This document shows positions 21,400-31,565 of a stretch of DNA of 57,589 nt, one piece after another (positions within the stretch are counted from its first letter, which is position 1; each line of letters begins with the position of its first letter). The notes beneath the pieces are model-generated. The model did no database searches, had not been told where the DNA came from, and saw only the letters and a program-made list of their open reading frames with translations. This DNA is from Phycisphaeraceae bacterium (GTDB taxonomy: Bacteria; Planctomycetota; Phycisphaerae; Phycisphaerales; Zrk34): contig JBBDRF010000067.1 in assembly GCA_040905565.1 (NCBI GenBank), positions 1 through 57,589 of the forward strand, read 5' to 3'. The position numbers and the translations under genes were made by a program.

Positions 21400-22335
21400 T
21401 TATGCAGGGTTGTTCGCCGCCGCGGTTTTTAGAACTTCGAGGATGTTGTCGACGGCTGCGCCGACGGCCCGGTCAACGCTCTCCTGCGTGAAGCCGCCGA
21501 TGTGAGGCGTGGCGATGACGCGGGGATCGCTGAGCAAGGTATCTCTCTCCGGCGGCTCGGTGGCGAACACATCCAGCGCCACGCCGCCGACGCGGTCGGC
21601 TTCCAGCGCCGCGGCCAAGGCTTCGCGGTCAATCAACGCATGCCGAGCGGTGTTCACAATCAGCACGCCCGGCTTCACTGTTCCAAGCATAGCCGCGTCA
21701 AGCACCGGGCCGCCATCTTTACGAGGGGGGCAGTGCAGCGTGATCACGTCGGCGCGGGCGACCACTTCGTCCAGCGAAGCGAACGTGATGTTTGCATCCT
21801 TCGAAGGGTACGGGTCATACCCGATCACGTTCATGCCGATGCCGGTGGCGAGCTGTGCGACGGTGCGTCCGATTCGGCCGCAGCCGACGATGCCGATCGT
21901 GCGGTCGAGCAGTTCGATGCCTTGTCGCCGTTGCCAGTCGCCGGCTTTGATGGCAGCGTCGCTGCTGGGCACAGCACGCGCCAGGGCGAACATCAGCGCC
22001 ATCGCCAGCTCCGCCACGCCCCGCGCGTTCGCCCCCTCCGCTTTGCAGACGGCGATGTTGTGTGCTGCCGCCTCTTGCAGATCGACGTTGTCGATGCCGA
22101 CACCGTTACGGCTGATTACCCGCAGCTCCGTCGCCGCCGTGAGCACCTTCGCGCTAACCGGTTCTACGCCTGCAAGGTAGCCGACGCAACCGGGCAGCAG
22201 GGCGAGCAGTTCGTCCTCACTCGGTTGCTTGCCGGGCGTGCAATAGACGACCTCGTAGCCCGCCTTCTCGAGGCGCGCCAGCGCGGGGTGCCCGCCAGCC
22301 GTCAGCGATCTTGGTGTGATAAGGATGCGACTCAC
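21400..22335 (-). CDS. D-2-hydroxyacid / phosphoglycerate dehydrogenase-like protein (no ACT domain)
   Basis: SRNGVGIDNVD, GIVGCGRIG, VNTAR, ALDVFATEP, TPHIGG. Confidence 0.9.
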   Translation of the reverse strand: MSRILITPRSLTAGGHPALARLEKAGYEVVYCTPGKQPSEDELLALLPGCVGYLAGVEPVSAKVLTAATELRVISRNGVGIDNVDLQEAAAHNIAVCKAEGANARGVAELAMALMFALARAVPSSDAAIKAGDWQRRQGIELLDRTIGIVGCGRIGRTVAQLATGIGMNVIGYDPYPSKDANITFASLDEVVARADVITLHCPPRKDGGPVLDAAMLGTVKPGVLIVNTARHALIDREALAAALEADRVGGVALDVFATEPPERDTLLSDPRVIATPHIGGFTQESVDRAVGAAVDNILEVLKTAAANNPA

Positions 22336-22901
22336 GGGGCGATGACCTCCTCGCCGTTGCGGATGAACACCCGCCGCGGGAAGCCTTCCGTCGCGATGTC
22401 GCCGTAGTTATGGCCTGCATCGGCAGGGTAAACGCAGAACGAGATCAACGGCTCGTCGCCGGTGTTGATCGAACGATGCGCCCACATCGGCGGCACGTAA
22501 ACCATGCGGTTCCGCACCATCCGCTGCGCGTCCCACTCGCCCTCGCTCGTCTTGCACATCATGTAGCCCTCGCCAGCGATGCACAGGTACGTCTCCGCCG
22601 TGTGCGCGATCGTGTGGTAATGGCCCTTCGTCATGAAGCACTCATCGCCGACCCGGCCGGGGTACAGCTTGGAAATGCAGAACAGCAGATGGCCCTGCTC
22701 CTCGGGGATCGTGCGCTCGAACACCTCATAGTGAACGGGGTCGTCGCCGTCCGCGATCAGCTTCTCGAGCGCTGCTTCGTCGGCGTAGTAGCCACGCATC
22801 GCGCTGGCCTTGCGGACGATGTGATTGTCCGGATTGCTCATCGCGCCGGTGATCAGGTCGATGTCGACGCCGAACGGTTGGAACAGTTGTGCAGTTGTCA
22901 T
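22332..22901 (-). CDS. Cupin-type (archaeal-like) glucose-6-phosphate isomerase family protein
   Basis: MTKGHYH...AETY...GEG and YVPPMWAHRSINTGDEPL...DAGHNY. Confidence 0.85.
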   Translation of the reverse strand: MTTAQLFQPFGVDIDLITGAMSNPDNHIVRKASAMRGYYADEAALEKLIADGDDPVHYEVFERTIPEEQGHLLFCISKLYPGRVGDECFMTKGHYHTIAHTAETYLCIAGEGYMMCKTSEGEWDAQRMVRNRMVYVPPMWAHRSINTGDEPLISFCVYPADAGHNYGDIATEGFPRRVFIRNGEEVIAP

Positions 22902-22924
22902 ATTTGGAATTTCCTCGGAATGAA

Positions 22925-23902
22925 TCAGCGGCGAGCGGCGGCGGCGATGCGGGAAAGTGCTTCGAACGCAGGGCCCGTCGCAGGAATGTCGATGTCGAAA
23001 ACCTCAGCAATCACCTGCGTCCAGCCGTGAATGAAGTACACCCAGCCGTCCTCGATGTGCAGCGCGTGCGCCGAGCCCTGCTTGCGTGCCTGCTCAAGGA
23101 AAAGCAGATCGCCGCGATAGTTGAAGTCCCACGCATACCCGCGATTCGGGAAAACCACCTTGTCGGTCAACGGCGAGCCCGGCGCGTCTTTGCCAAGCCC
23201 CGTTGCGTTGGCGACCAGCGAATGATCGGGAAGGGCCGCACACAGTGCGTCGTTATCCTCAGGCTTCGGCGTGTGGTGATACTCCACCTTCACCGGCGAA
23301 TTCAGCTGCTCATGCACCTCGCGAATCTCATCCAGCCGCTTCGGGCTGCGATTGGTCACGATGATTTTCGCAGGCCGATTCTCACCATGCCGCTCGTCCA
23401 TCATGTAGCTGGTCACCGCGATGCTCGACCCGCCTGCGCCAAGCACCAGCGCCTCCGCGCCACTGGTTTTCCAGTGATTTTTCGGCAGGAACGCTTCAAG
23501 CGACAAGCCACTGGTGATCGGATCCTTCGCATGGCCGACGAGTTTGCCGTCACGCTTGGAGATGCTGCTGACCTCGTTCATCAACTCGGCGTAAGGGTCA
23601 AGCTCATCGAACAAGTCGCGGCAGGCCTTCAGCAGATCCAGCTTATGCGTCGTGACCAGGGCCCCCATTGAAAGCGCATCATCACGGATGAACTCGACCA
23701 CGCGGCGGTACACCGCCGGATCATCATGCCACTTGCAGTCGATGCCCTTGATGGCGACATCGCCCAGCTCCAGATGCTCCGCCCAGCGGGGGAACACGTC
23801 CATGATCGAGCTCTTGCCGGTGGTCACACCGATGAAGTACATCGTCGGTTTGGTTGCCGGTGCGAACTCCGCCGTCGTCGTTGCCTGAACTGCCACATGC
23901 AT
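22925..23902 (-). CDS. Shikimate dehydrogenase-like oxidoreductase
   Basis: GALVTTHK, LVLGAGG, ANATGLG, WDFNY; AGAGGAG RBS before ATG 23902. Confidence 0.75.
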   Translation of the reverse strand: MHVAVQATTTAEFAPATKPTMYFIGVTTGKSSIMDVFPRWAEHLELGDVAIKGIDCKWHDDPAVYRRVVEFIRDDALSMGALVTTHKLDLLKACRDLFDELDPYAELMNEVSSISKRDGKLVGHAKDPITSGLSLEAFLPKNHWKTSGAEALVLGAGGSSIAVTSYMMDERHGENRPAKIIVTNRSPKRLDEIREVHEQLNSPVKVEYHHTPKPEDNDALCAALPDHSLVANATGLGKDAPGSPLTDKVVFPNRGYAWDFNYRGDLLFLEQARKQGSAHALHIEDGWVYFIHGWTQVIAEVFDIDIPATGPAFEALSRIAAAARR

Positions 23903-23916
23903 GGCACGATTCTCCT

Positions 23917-25416
23917 CTACTCGTCGAGTACGTTCAGCAGCTTCTGATATCGCGCTGCCCTGTTTTGATAGTGTTTCGCCAACCGGCGCTGCGGCTTCGT
24001 TGCCGTGCTTAGTGCGACCCAGTCGGCTGCGATTTGTTCTAATGACCCCACCAGCCCCACGCCCCACGCTGCAAGCATCGCCGCCCCGGCAGGCGCGCCG
24101 AACGATCGCTCGATCCGTCGCACCGGCGTCTGCAAAGCGTCGGATTTGATCGTGTTCCACAGCCCGCTCTTCTCCCCGCCGCCCGTCACGCGCAGCTCCT
24201 TCACAGCCGCACCGCGATACAGCCCGCCGAGCACATCCTTATAAACGGCGTATTCCATCGCCACGCCCTCAAGCACCGCCCGGTACAGATGCCCCAGCGT
24301 GTGGTCCCAACTCAAGCCGATCCACGCTCCGCGAAGATTCGGCTGCGGCGGCGAAACCCGCCCCCCAAGGTGCGGCACGAACATCGGATTGTCCGCGGCC
24401 ACCGCCACCGCTTCCGCCAGCTCGTTCAGCTTCGTCAGCGACATCCCGCCCCTGCGTTTGCCCGCTGAGGCCACCTGCTCCCGGAACCATTCAAGGTTCA
24501 TGCCCCCGCCGTTGATGTACGCATACGGATGCCAAAGACCAGGTACCGCCGACCGTCCGCACGCCAGCACACGCTGCTTCACATCGGCCCGAAACTTACC
24601 CGTCGTCGCAGCGAATACCGAAGCCGTCCCCGCCACATCCACACAAACGCCCGCCTGCGTCGCGCCTGCCGCCAGGAAGCTCGCAGCCGTGTCGCCGCAG
24701 CCCGCCACCACGCACGTTCCCGCTTTGAGCCCGCACCGTTTCGCCATCGTCGCCGTGACCTGCCCGACCACTTCCTGAGGCTTCACAATGCGAGGCAGCT
24801 TCGCCATGTCCAGGCCGAACTGTTCGCACAACCCCTCGTCCCACCGACCGCGCTGATTATCCGCAAACCCCGAGAAATGCAGGTACGTTGTATCGATGAA
24901 CGCCTGCTCACCGGTGAGGCCGCACAGCCGCATGGCGGCGTAACCGCCGGGCTGAACAAACGCAGCAATCTTGCGATACGCCGCTTTGCGTTCGTGCTTC
25001 CACCAAAGCTTCTTCGGCCCATGGTTGAAGCTCGGCACGCAACCGGTCTTCGCCAGCACTTCGTCGCCCGCCTGCTGCTCCATCTTCTTGATGTAGGGCG
25101 CACACCGCGTATCCAGCCACGAGTCGTAAGGCGTCACGCATTGCCCATCGCGCCCCACGCCGATCACGCCCGCCATCTGCCCGTCGATACCCACGCCTAC
25201 CACATCGCCCGCGTCGGCCTTCGCATCCTTCAGGCATTTGCGGACGGCCTTGCAGACCGAATCCACCTGCCGCTCCGGATCCTCCTCCACCACGCCCGGC
25301 TTAGGCCGATGCAACTGCGAAGCAACCAACGCCTCCGCAAGGCAAGCCCCGTCGGCATCGAACAGTGCCGCCTTTGTTCCCTGCGTTCCGATGTCGATGC
25401 CGACGACGAGACTCAT
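23917..25416 (-). CDS. FGGY-family carbohydrate kinase (xylulokinase-like)
   Basis: VGIDIGTQGTKA, DGQM, WLDTR, GCGD, VTGGG. Confidence 0.9.
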   Translation of the reverse strand: MSLVVGIDIGTQGTKAALFDADGACLAEALVASQLHRPKPGVVEEDPERQVDSVCKAVRKCLKDAKADAGDVVGVGIDGQMAGVIGVGRDGQCVTPYDSWLDTRCAPYIKKMEQQAGDEVLAKTGCVPSFNHGPKKLWWKHERKAAYRKIAAFVQPGGYAAMRLCGLTGEQAFIDTTYLHFSGFADNQRGRWDEGLCEQFGLDMAKLPRIVKPQEVVGQVTATMAKRCGLKAGTCVVAGCGDTAASFLAAGATQAGVCVDVAGTASVFAATTGKFRADVKQRVLACGRSAVPGLWHPYAYINGGGMNLEWFREQVASAGKRRGGMSLTKLNELAEAVAVAADNPMFVPHLGGRVSPPQPNLRGAWIGLSWDHTLGHLYRAVLEGVAMEYAVYKDVLGGLYRGAAVKELRVTGGGEKSGLWNTIKSDALQTPVRRIERSFGAPAGAAMLAAWGVGLVGSLEQIAADWVALSTATKPQRRLAKHYQNRAARYQKLLNVLDE

Positions 25417-26528
25417 CGCGTGGATCCCTCAGCGACCGCCTTGCCGTTCTGCGAGAACGCACGCATCGCTGCGGTCTTCTCCGCCACCATCACCACCTTC
25501 ATCACCTCGCCGGACATCGCCGCAGCGTATGCCTCGTCGAGCTCTTCAAGCGTGAACACATCGGAGATAATCTTGGAAACGTCAACCTTGCCGCTGCTGA
25601 TCAGACGCAGCGCCGTGGCGTAATCGCGGGCCGAGCCGCCCGTGGCGCCCGTCACGATCAGGTTCTTGTAATGGATCGGGTTCGTATCCAGCGGCACGCC
25701 GTTGGTCCCCTTCGCCCAGCCGGCGAACAGGCACAGCCGCCCGAACGGTCCCAGCAGCGCCATCGCTTCCTGTTGAAGCTGAGGCACCGGCACCGCCGTC
25801 ACCACCACATCAACTTCACCCTCGGCAAGCACCTCTTTAACAGGCGTCTTGCTGGAGTTGATCGTCTGCGTCGCGCCGCATTTCTTCGCCGCTGCCAGCC
25901 GTTCGTCCTTCAGGTCCACCACGATGAGGCGCGTCGCGCCCGCCGCCGCCGCCAGCATCACGTTCAGCAGACCCATCGGCCCCGCGCCGTAAACCAGCAC
26001 CGTCTCGCCGGTTTCAATATTCAGCCCCCGCTGCGCGTTCACCACGCAGGACAACGGCTCCGCCAACGTCGCCAGCTCCCAAGGCATGCCGTCGCTCAGC
26101 GGGATCACGTTGCCCTGGCTAATCGCCGCCGCCGGAATGCGGACGAACTCGGTGTGCGCCCCGTCGCCGTCGATGCCGAACGCCGTGAACGTTGCGCACA
26201 TGTTGCCCATGCCCCGCATGCACATCCCGCAGCGTCCGCAGCCGCTGTTCGGCGCTACGCCCACGCGGTCGCCCTCAGCAAAGCCGGTCAACCGTGAGCC
26301 GACCTCTTCGATCGTGCCCACGAATTCATGACCGAGCGTAATCGTCTGCCCGTCGCGCAGCTTCCGATGCCCGTTGCCGACGATCTTCAAATCCGTGCCA
26401 CAGATCGAGCACGCCTGCACCCGAAGCAGCAGTTCGTCCGGCCCGATCGTCGGCCGCTCGACCTCGCGGACAGCGAAATTCTGGCCCTCCGGGGCCCCTT
26501 GCGTATATTGTGCCGCGAGCATTTTCAT
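25413..26528 (-). CDS. Zn-dependent polyol/alcohol dehydrogenase (sorbitol DH-like)
   Basis: SICGTD, GHE, CGRCGMC...C, EPLSC, GAGPMG. Confidence 0.9.
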   Translation of the reverse strand: MKMLAAQYTQGAPEGQNFAVREVERPTIGPDELLLRVQACSICGTDLKIVGNGHRKLRDGQTITLGHEFVGTIEEVGSRLTGFAEGDRVGVAPNSGCGRCGMCMRGMGNMCATFTAFGIDGDGAHTEFVRIPAAAISQGNVIPLSDGMPWELATLAEPLSCVVNAQRGLNIETGETVLVYGAGPMGLLNVMLAAAAGATRLIVVDLKDERLAAAKKCGATQTINSSKTPVKEVLAEGEVDVVVTAVPVPQLQQEAMALLGPFGRLCLFAGWAKGTNGVPLDTNPIHYKNLIVTGATGGSARDYATALRLISSGKVDVSKIISDVFTLEELDEAYAAAMSGEVMKVVMVAEKTAAMRAFSQNGKAVAEGSTR

Positions 26529-27556
26529 GCTTCTGCTCCCACGCCCAGTTCAACCGGGCTGCCGGTTTGAATCGATTCATTGATGGCGACCACAGCCGCC
26601 ACCGCGTTCAGCCCGTCGATACCCGTCACCTCAGGCTCACGGTCGTGCTGCACACTCGCGACAAAGCTTTCCATCTCCGCCAGGTACGCATCCTTAAACA
26701 GCGTCCGCCAGCTGTTCACCGCTTCGCCGTGCATGCCGCTTTCGACGGTGATGTATTCCATGCCGTGCTTCTGAGCGCTGCCGATGAAGACCACGCCCTT
26801 TTCGCAGAGGATCTCCACGCGGGCGTCGTAGCCGTAGTGGGCCGGGCAGGTGCCATCGATCACGCCCATCGTGTCGTCAGCAAAGCGGAACGTCGCGATC
26901 ACGTTGTCGTAGAAGTCCGGGAAGTTTTCCTTCGCTTCGGGCATCTTGAAGTTGTGCCCCTCCGCGTAGACCCGCTTCACCGTCGAGCCGGTGTACCAGT
27001 GCAGCGAATCGATATCGTGGGAGTTGACCTCCGCGACGATGCCGTTGCTCTTCTTAAGGTCCCACATCCAAGGCCCAGGCCCGCCGGGCCCGCGCCCCGT
27101 GGATTTGATGATCATCACCCGCCCCATCTCGCCGCTCTCCAGCAGTTCTTTCGCCTGCTGAAAACCGCGGTCGAAGCGGCGCATGAACCCGATCTGCACC
27201 TTCACGTTCGCCGCTTCCGCCGCCGCGTTAATCTCCTCGCACTCGCTCACCGTCACAGCCATCGGCTTCTCGAGAAAGATGTGCTTCCCCGCCTCCGCCG
27301 CGGCCACCGCAATATCACGATGCAAAAAGGTCGGCGTCACAATCACCACCGCGTCGGCGCCCGACTCGCCGATCGCCTGCCGGTAGTCCGTGTAAAGCCG
27401 ATTCACCCCCAGCGCCTCGCCCGCCTCGGCCAGCAATGTCTCGTTAGCATCACACACCGCGACCAGCTCACCGTCCTCAACCCGCTTCGCAAGATTGTGG
27501 GCGTGAATCAACCCGGCCCGCCCGGCGCCGATGATGCAGAACTTAATCTTTGACAA
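26525..27556 (-). CDS. Gfo/Idh/MocA oxidoreductase (IolG-like)
   Basis: IIGAGRAG, TPTFLH, EKPM, GFMRRFD, HDID, GYDARVE; TTG start. Confidence 0.88.
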   Translation of the reverse strand: MSKIKFCIIGAGRAGLIHAHNLAKRVEDGELVAVCDANETLLAEAGEALGVNRLYTDYRQAIGESGADAVVIVTPTFLHRDIAVAAAEAGKHIFLEKPMAVTVSECEEINAAAEAANVKVQIGFMRRFDRGFQQAKELLESGEMGRVMIIKSTGRGPGGPGPWMWDLKKSNGIVAEVNSHDIDSLHWYTGSTVKRVYAEGHNFKMPEAKENFPDFYDNVIATFRFADDTMGVIDGTCPAHYGYDARVEILCEKGVVFIGSAQKHGMEYITVESGMHGEAVNSWRTLFKDAYLAEMESFVASVQHDREPEVTGIDGLNAVAAVVAINESIQTGSPVELGVGAEA

Positions 27557-27607
27557 TTTATTCCCTTCGCAAGATGGTCCGGACCGCCTCGGCCACGACC
27601 TCTCCCG

Positions 27608-27635
27608 ATTATACTTGGTCGTAATGTCATGTCAA
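27608..27635 (-). promoter_or_regulatory. Sigma-70 promoter of the sugar operon
   Basis: Perfect TTGACA-N16-TATAAT on the minus strand. Confidence 0.8.
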
Positions 27636-27728
27636 AGGAAAAAGGCGCGCCGTCAGCGCTCGCTTTTTGTGTCTCCCTATCTTCTAGGGGCTCAGGCAGA
27701 TGTATGCAACGGAAAGGGCGTCGCGGCG

Positions 27729-27756
27729 TTGCAATCCGCCCTATTGCTCGTATAAT
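27729..27756 (+). promoter_or_regulatory. Sigma-70 promoter of gntR
   Basis: TTGCAA-N16-TATAAT. Confidence 0.65.
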
Positions 27757-27829
27757 ATGGCCTTGTGGTCATCGTGGGGTGGGCCGATGAGGACAAAGGG
27801 GGTTTCGTCACGAGAGAGGGTTTGGACTT

Positions 27830-28660
27830 ATGGCGCAGGTGCCTCAATCTTCCGAGAAGACAAATCGCGAAGAACGAAATCCGTCCCCTTCTGGCCCCGC
27901 GGTCGGCGGCGACGCCCTGTTCAAGCCCACCGAACGCTTCTCCCTCGATCCGCATTCCCCGGTTCCGCTCTACCATCAGATGGAACAGATCATCCTTGAC
28001 CGCATCGCCAAGGAGAAGGCCGTCGGCCGTATGCTCCCACGCGAGATGGACCTGATCCACATCTTCGGCGTCAGCCGAGCCACCGTAAAAAAAACGACCG
28101 ATGCCCTTGCCGCAAAAGGGCTTATCGAACGCAAACGCGCCATCGGTACCCGCATCGTGCGTCTGGGGGTCACCGAAGATCTCGGCCGCCTCACCAGCTT
28201 CACCGAGCAGATGGAAAAACAGGGCCAACAGGTCAGCACCGAGGTGCTCGACGTGACCGTCCATGAGCCAGGCGATAAGGTTCGCTCACTGCTGCAGTTG
28301 GAGCCTCAGGAGAAGACGCTTTGCATCCGTCGTCTGCGAGGCACCAGCGAGGTGTTCCCCGTCGTCCTTCTCCGCTCGGAAATCCCCGTCTCTGTGGGCA
28401 TCGATGAGCACGAGGACTTCAACGCGTCGCTCTATTCGCTCATCGAGGACAAGTATCGCATCCCCATCGAGTGGGCGGAGGAAAAGATCCGGGCCTTCAA
28501 AGCCACGCGCGAAGAGGCCGGCCATCTCCGCATGCAGCCGGGCGATACCGTGCTGGTGATGGAGCGCGTCACCTTTACCACCGGCAATCGCCCCGTGGAG
28601 TTCGTCCGGGCCGTCTACCGCCCCGAACACTACACCTTCTCCGTACGCCTTAAACGCTGA
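27830..28660 (+). CDS. GntR (HutC/UTRA) transcriptional regulator
   Basis: PLYHQ...LPREMDL...FGVSRATV wHTH and UTRA domain (SFTEQM, VEFVRAVYRPE). Confidence 0.93.
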   Translation: MAQVPQSSEKTNREERNPSPSGPAVGGDALFKPTERFSLDPHSPVPLYHQMEQIILDRIAKEKAVGRMLPREMDLIHIFGVSRATVKKTTDALAAKGLIERKRAIGTRIVRLGVTEDLGRLTSFTEQMEKQGQQVSTEVLDVTVHEPGDKVRSLLQLEPQEKTLCIRRLRGTSEVFPVVLLRSEIPVSVGIDEHEDFNASLYSLIEDKYRIPIEWAEEKIRAFKATREEAGHLRMQPGDTVLVMERVTFTTGNRPVEFVRAVYRPEHYTFSVRLKR

Positions 28661-28802
28661 CCATCGCACCAGGCGACCGCCCTAGGTCACGCCACATCCC
28701 TGTCAATATCACCGCGCGATGAATTTCCCGGCATCAAAGCGTTGTCGCGGCGCGAGTTGTATCCATTATCCAAAAAATCTTGCAGATTGGCCAAAAACCC
28801 CC

Positions 28803-28845
28803 TTGATCAGAATCTTCGTTGGCAATACGATAATGACAGGTCAAA
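28803..28845 (+). promoter_or_regulatory. Promoter and candidate operator of the pilin-like gene
   Basis: TTGATC-N17-TACGAT followed by TAATGACAGGTCAAA, 13/15 identical to 27622-27636. Confidence 0.5.
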
Positions 28846-28961
28846 CGATCAATAATCTGCGGCGGCCGCTCGTAGTTTGGGCTGTTCGAGGTCGCTTTGG
28901 GGCCGGTTAGTTTTTCGAGGCGAAAGTTAGAACCATTTCCTCCCTAGAAGGGTGCTCTCCC

Positions 28962-29741
28962 ATGAGAAATCTGCACGACAACCGTTCGTTCCGCTACGCC
29001 GGCTCCAAGGGCACAGTCCTCGGATTCACCCTCATCGAACTGCTGGTGGTCATCGGCATTATCGCTTTGCTGATGGCCATCCTGCTACCGGCCCTGGCCC
29101 GGGCCCGCCAGGAAGCGGTCAAAGTTTCCTGCGCTTCGAACCTGAGGCAGTGGGGCAATGCCATCAACATGTTCGCCGGCGACAACAACCGCCTGTTTCC
29201 CGATCCCGGTGACTCGTTTCCCTACCATGCGCCCTTCCACGTCAGCACCGACATCAACCACGAGTTCCACCAGTTCATCGGCAACTATCTGATCAAAGAG
29301 AATCTTGACGACGGCCGTAGCTATGAGAACACCGTGTTCTACTGCCAGACCTCGGAGCACCTGATGTCATGGGCCTCGGTGCACCACCTCGGCTACTTCT
29401 ATCTGCCGAACAGATCGCCAGCTGCAGAGGCTGCCGACTACTTCGATGACATCAAGCCTTGGGTGACCAAGACCCGTCTCGATGGTGCTGCCTCGCGGGC
29501 TCCGATCATGGCCGACACGTACTGGACCTGGGGTGCCTGGGACAACTTCTACGATGCCGACGGCAAACAGGTGCCTTCGCACATGAGCTCGGCAGGCGAC
29601 GAAGTCACCGGGAGCAACATGCTGTATGAAGACGCCAGCGTCCGCTGGGCGAATGCCGCCGAGATCAAGCAGTCCGGCACCGGCCCCGGCGACATCATGT
29701 TCCACTTCACCGTGAGTGTCCCCGGCCTCGTCACCGACTGA
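28962..29741 (+). CDS. Prepilin-type N-terminal cleavage/methylation protein (DUF1559-like)
   Basis: [25 protein letters not shown]...CASNLRQ; degenerate H-X9-DG C-terminus (SH...[11 protein letters not shown]). Confidence 0.9.
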   Translation: MRNLHDNRSFRYAGSKGTVLGFTLIELLVVIGIIALLMAILLPALARARQEAVKVSCASNLRQWGNAINMFAGDNNRLFPDPGDSFPYHAPFHVSTDINHEFHQFIGNYLIKENLDDGRSYENTVFYCQTSEHLMSWASVHHLGYFYLPNRSPAAEAADYFDDIKPWVTKTRLDGAASRAPIMADTYWTWGAWDNFYDADGKQVPSHMSSAGDEVTGSNMLYEDASVRWANAAEIKQSGTGPGDIMFHFTVSVPGLVTD

Positions 29742-30185
29742 TTCGAGACACGCATCGCAACCGCATAACACCCGGCCGCCAGCGACTCACCCTAGCCGCT
29801 GGCGGCCTTTTTCGTGCGCATGTCCTGCTTCATTAGGCCATATTGACGGTGCAAACGCGCAAGAAAAACCCGAGGCCGAAACGCTCGACATAATGGCCCA
29901 TTACGGTGGGTTTCGGCCCGAAAGCCAGGATTGAATCGCGTTTCCAGAAGATGATGAACGCCTGAATCCGCAGCTTCCCGCTGATCGCGCGAGGCGCGGT
30001 TCGTTGGCAATATTGACCTGCCAATTCGGGCGTTCAGTCGCCGGCCTCGGACGCCGCGCCCGACGCCGGCACCCCCGCCGGCCTCGCCCGATCTTTCACT
30101 ATCTGATCGATACAATTGTCGAGCGTGCCGGGTCGATCTGCTACGATGAGCACGCTTCGAACCTTCAACTGCGAGAGGCGAAAAG

Positions 30186-31253
30186 ATGTTTGCTGGGTCG
30201 AGTCGTCTGCACCGCATGTACGCAGCAGGAACCGCAGCCGCGGCGGTCCTCATCGGCGTAACCGCGGTCGTACTGTTTCAGCCATCGCTGAGCGCGGAAA
30301 ATGTTGCGGAAAACCCTGACGAGGCAGTGGAGCGGGAAGAAATCGACGGCATGGTCTGGGTGCCCGGCGGCGCCTACCAGCGCGGCTCCAACGAGGCCTA
30401 TCCAGAAGAAGGACCACGCCACGAAGTCTCCGTCGACGGCTTCTGGATGGATAAACATCCGGTCACCAATCGCCAGTATGCAGCGTTCGTCGAGGCCACG
30501 GATTACGTCACCGTTGCAGAGAAAAAACCCGAAGCGGCGCTGTTTCCGGGGGCCGCTGAGGAGGACCTCGTGCCCGGCTCCGTCGTCTTCGTTCAGCCTG
30601 AGCAGGATGTGAATTTACGCGGCCACGTGGGACAGTGGTGGCAGTGGGTCCCCGGTGCCTACTGGCGAGCGCCCGAAGGGCCGGGCAGTTCGATCGCCGA
30701 CCGGATGGACCACCCCGTGGTGCACGTTGCCTATGAGGATGCCAAGGCTTACGCCGATTGGGCTGGGAAGAAGCTGCCGACCGAAGCACAGTGGGAGCGG
30801 GCCGCGAGGGGCGGGCTCGAAGGCAAAATGTACGTCTGGGGCGATGAAATGATGCCCGACGATCAGCACCTGGCCAACACCTGGCAGGGGAAGTTTCCCG
30901 TGGAAAATGCGGTGGAGGATGGGCACGCAGGCACCTCGCCGGTGATGTCGTTTCCCGCCAACGGGTACGGGCTTTACGACATGGCGGGCAACGTCTGGGA
31001 ATGGACCAGCGACTGGTTTCATCCGCAAAGCTATCGCGATGCAGCCGGGGAGCATAACCCCGTCGGGCCAGCACGTGAGGAGAGTTTCAGCCCCAGCGAT
31101 CCGGGCAGGGCCGTGCGTGCAATGCGAGGCGGGTCGTACCTTTGCGCGACCAGCTACTGCCTGCGTTTCCGCCCCAGCGCCCGCTCAGCCACCACGCCCG
31201 ACACGGCCACGACGCACCTGGGTTTCCGCTGCATCAAAGACCCTGAAGAGTAA
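30186..31253 (+). CDS. Formylglycine-generating enzyme (SUMF1) family protein
   Basis: HPVVHVAYEDA, LPTEAQWE, NGYGLYDMAGNVWEW, RGGSYLC...YC, HLGFRC; start uncertain. Confidence 0.92.
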   Translation: MFAGSSRLHRMYAAGTAAAAVLIGVTAVVLFQPSLSAENVAENPDEAVEREEIDGMVWVPGGAYQRGSNEAYPEEGPRHEVSVDGFWMDKHPVTNRQYAAFVEATDYVTVAEKKPEAALFPGAAEEDLVPGSVVFVQPEQDVNLRGHVGQWWQWVPGAYWRAPEGPGSSIADRMDHPVVHVAYEDAKAYADWAGKKLPTEAQWERAARGGLEGKMYVWGDEMMPDDQHLANTWQGKFPVENAVEDGHAGTSPVMSFPANGYGLYDMAGNVWEWTSDWFHPQSYRDAAGEHNPVGPAREESFSPSDPGRAVRAMRGGSYLCATSYCLRFRPSARSATTPDTATTHLGFRCIKDPEE

Positions 31254-31376
31254 TCGCTTCCCGCAGAAGGCCCCTCGGCAGACGATGCAGAAACCGCTAC
31301 AATGCGCCCAGCCCGCCGAGCCGATGTGCCTGCAAAGTTCAGCAGCAGGCACATTGCCGACCTCGGCGGCCTCCCC

Positions 31377-31464
31377 GGTGGGATGGCGGAGCGGCTGAAC
31401 GCGCCGGTCTTGAAAACCGGTAGGGGGCTCGTCCTCCTCGTGGGTTCGAATCCCACTCCCACCG
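31377..31464 (+). tRNA. tRNA-Ser(TGA)
   Basis: Acceptor GGTGGGA/TCCCACC, anticodon arm CCGGT-CTTGAAA-ACCGG, long variable arm, GGTTCGAATCC; CCA not encoded. Confidence 0.96.
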
Positions 31465-31565
31465 CTTTCAGATTTCGGGATCGGTCCTGCATCGCGTCGT
31501 GGTCTAAGCCCTCCGCCGATGGACGCTGCGTTTGCAATACAACAGTTCGGAACGGCGTGGCCGTT

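Noticed and set aside
29742..30185. Possible ncRNA in the 440-bp intergenic region
   Set aside because: Only a terminator-like hairpin near 29773-29812; no recognisable RNA family
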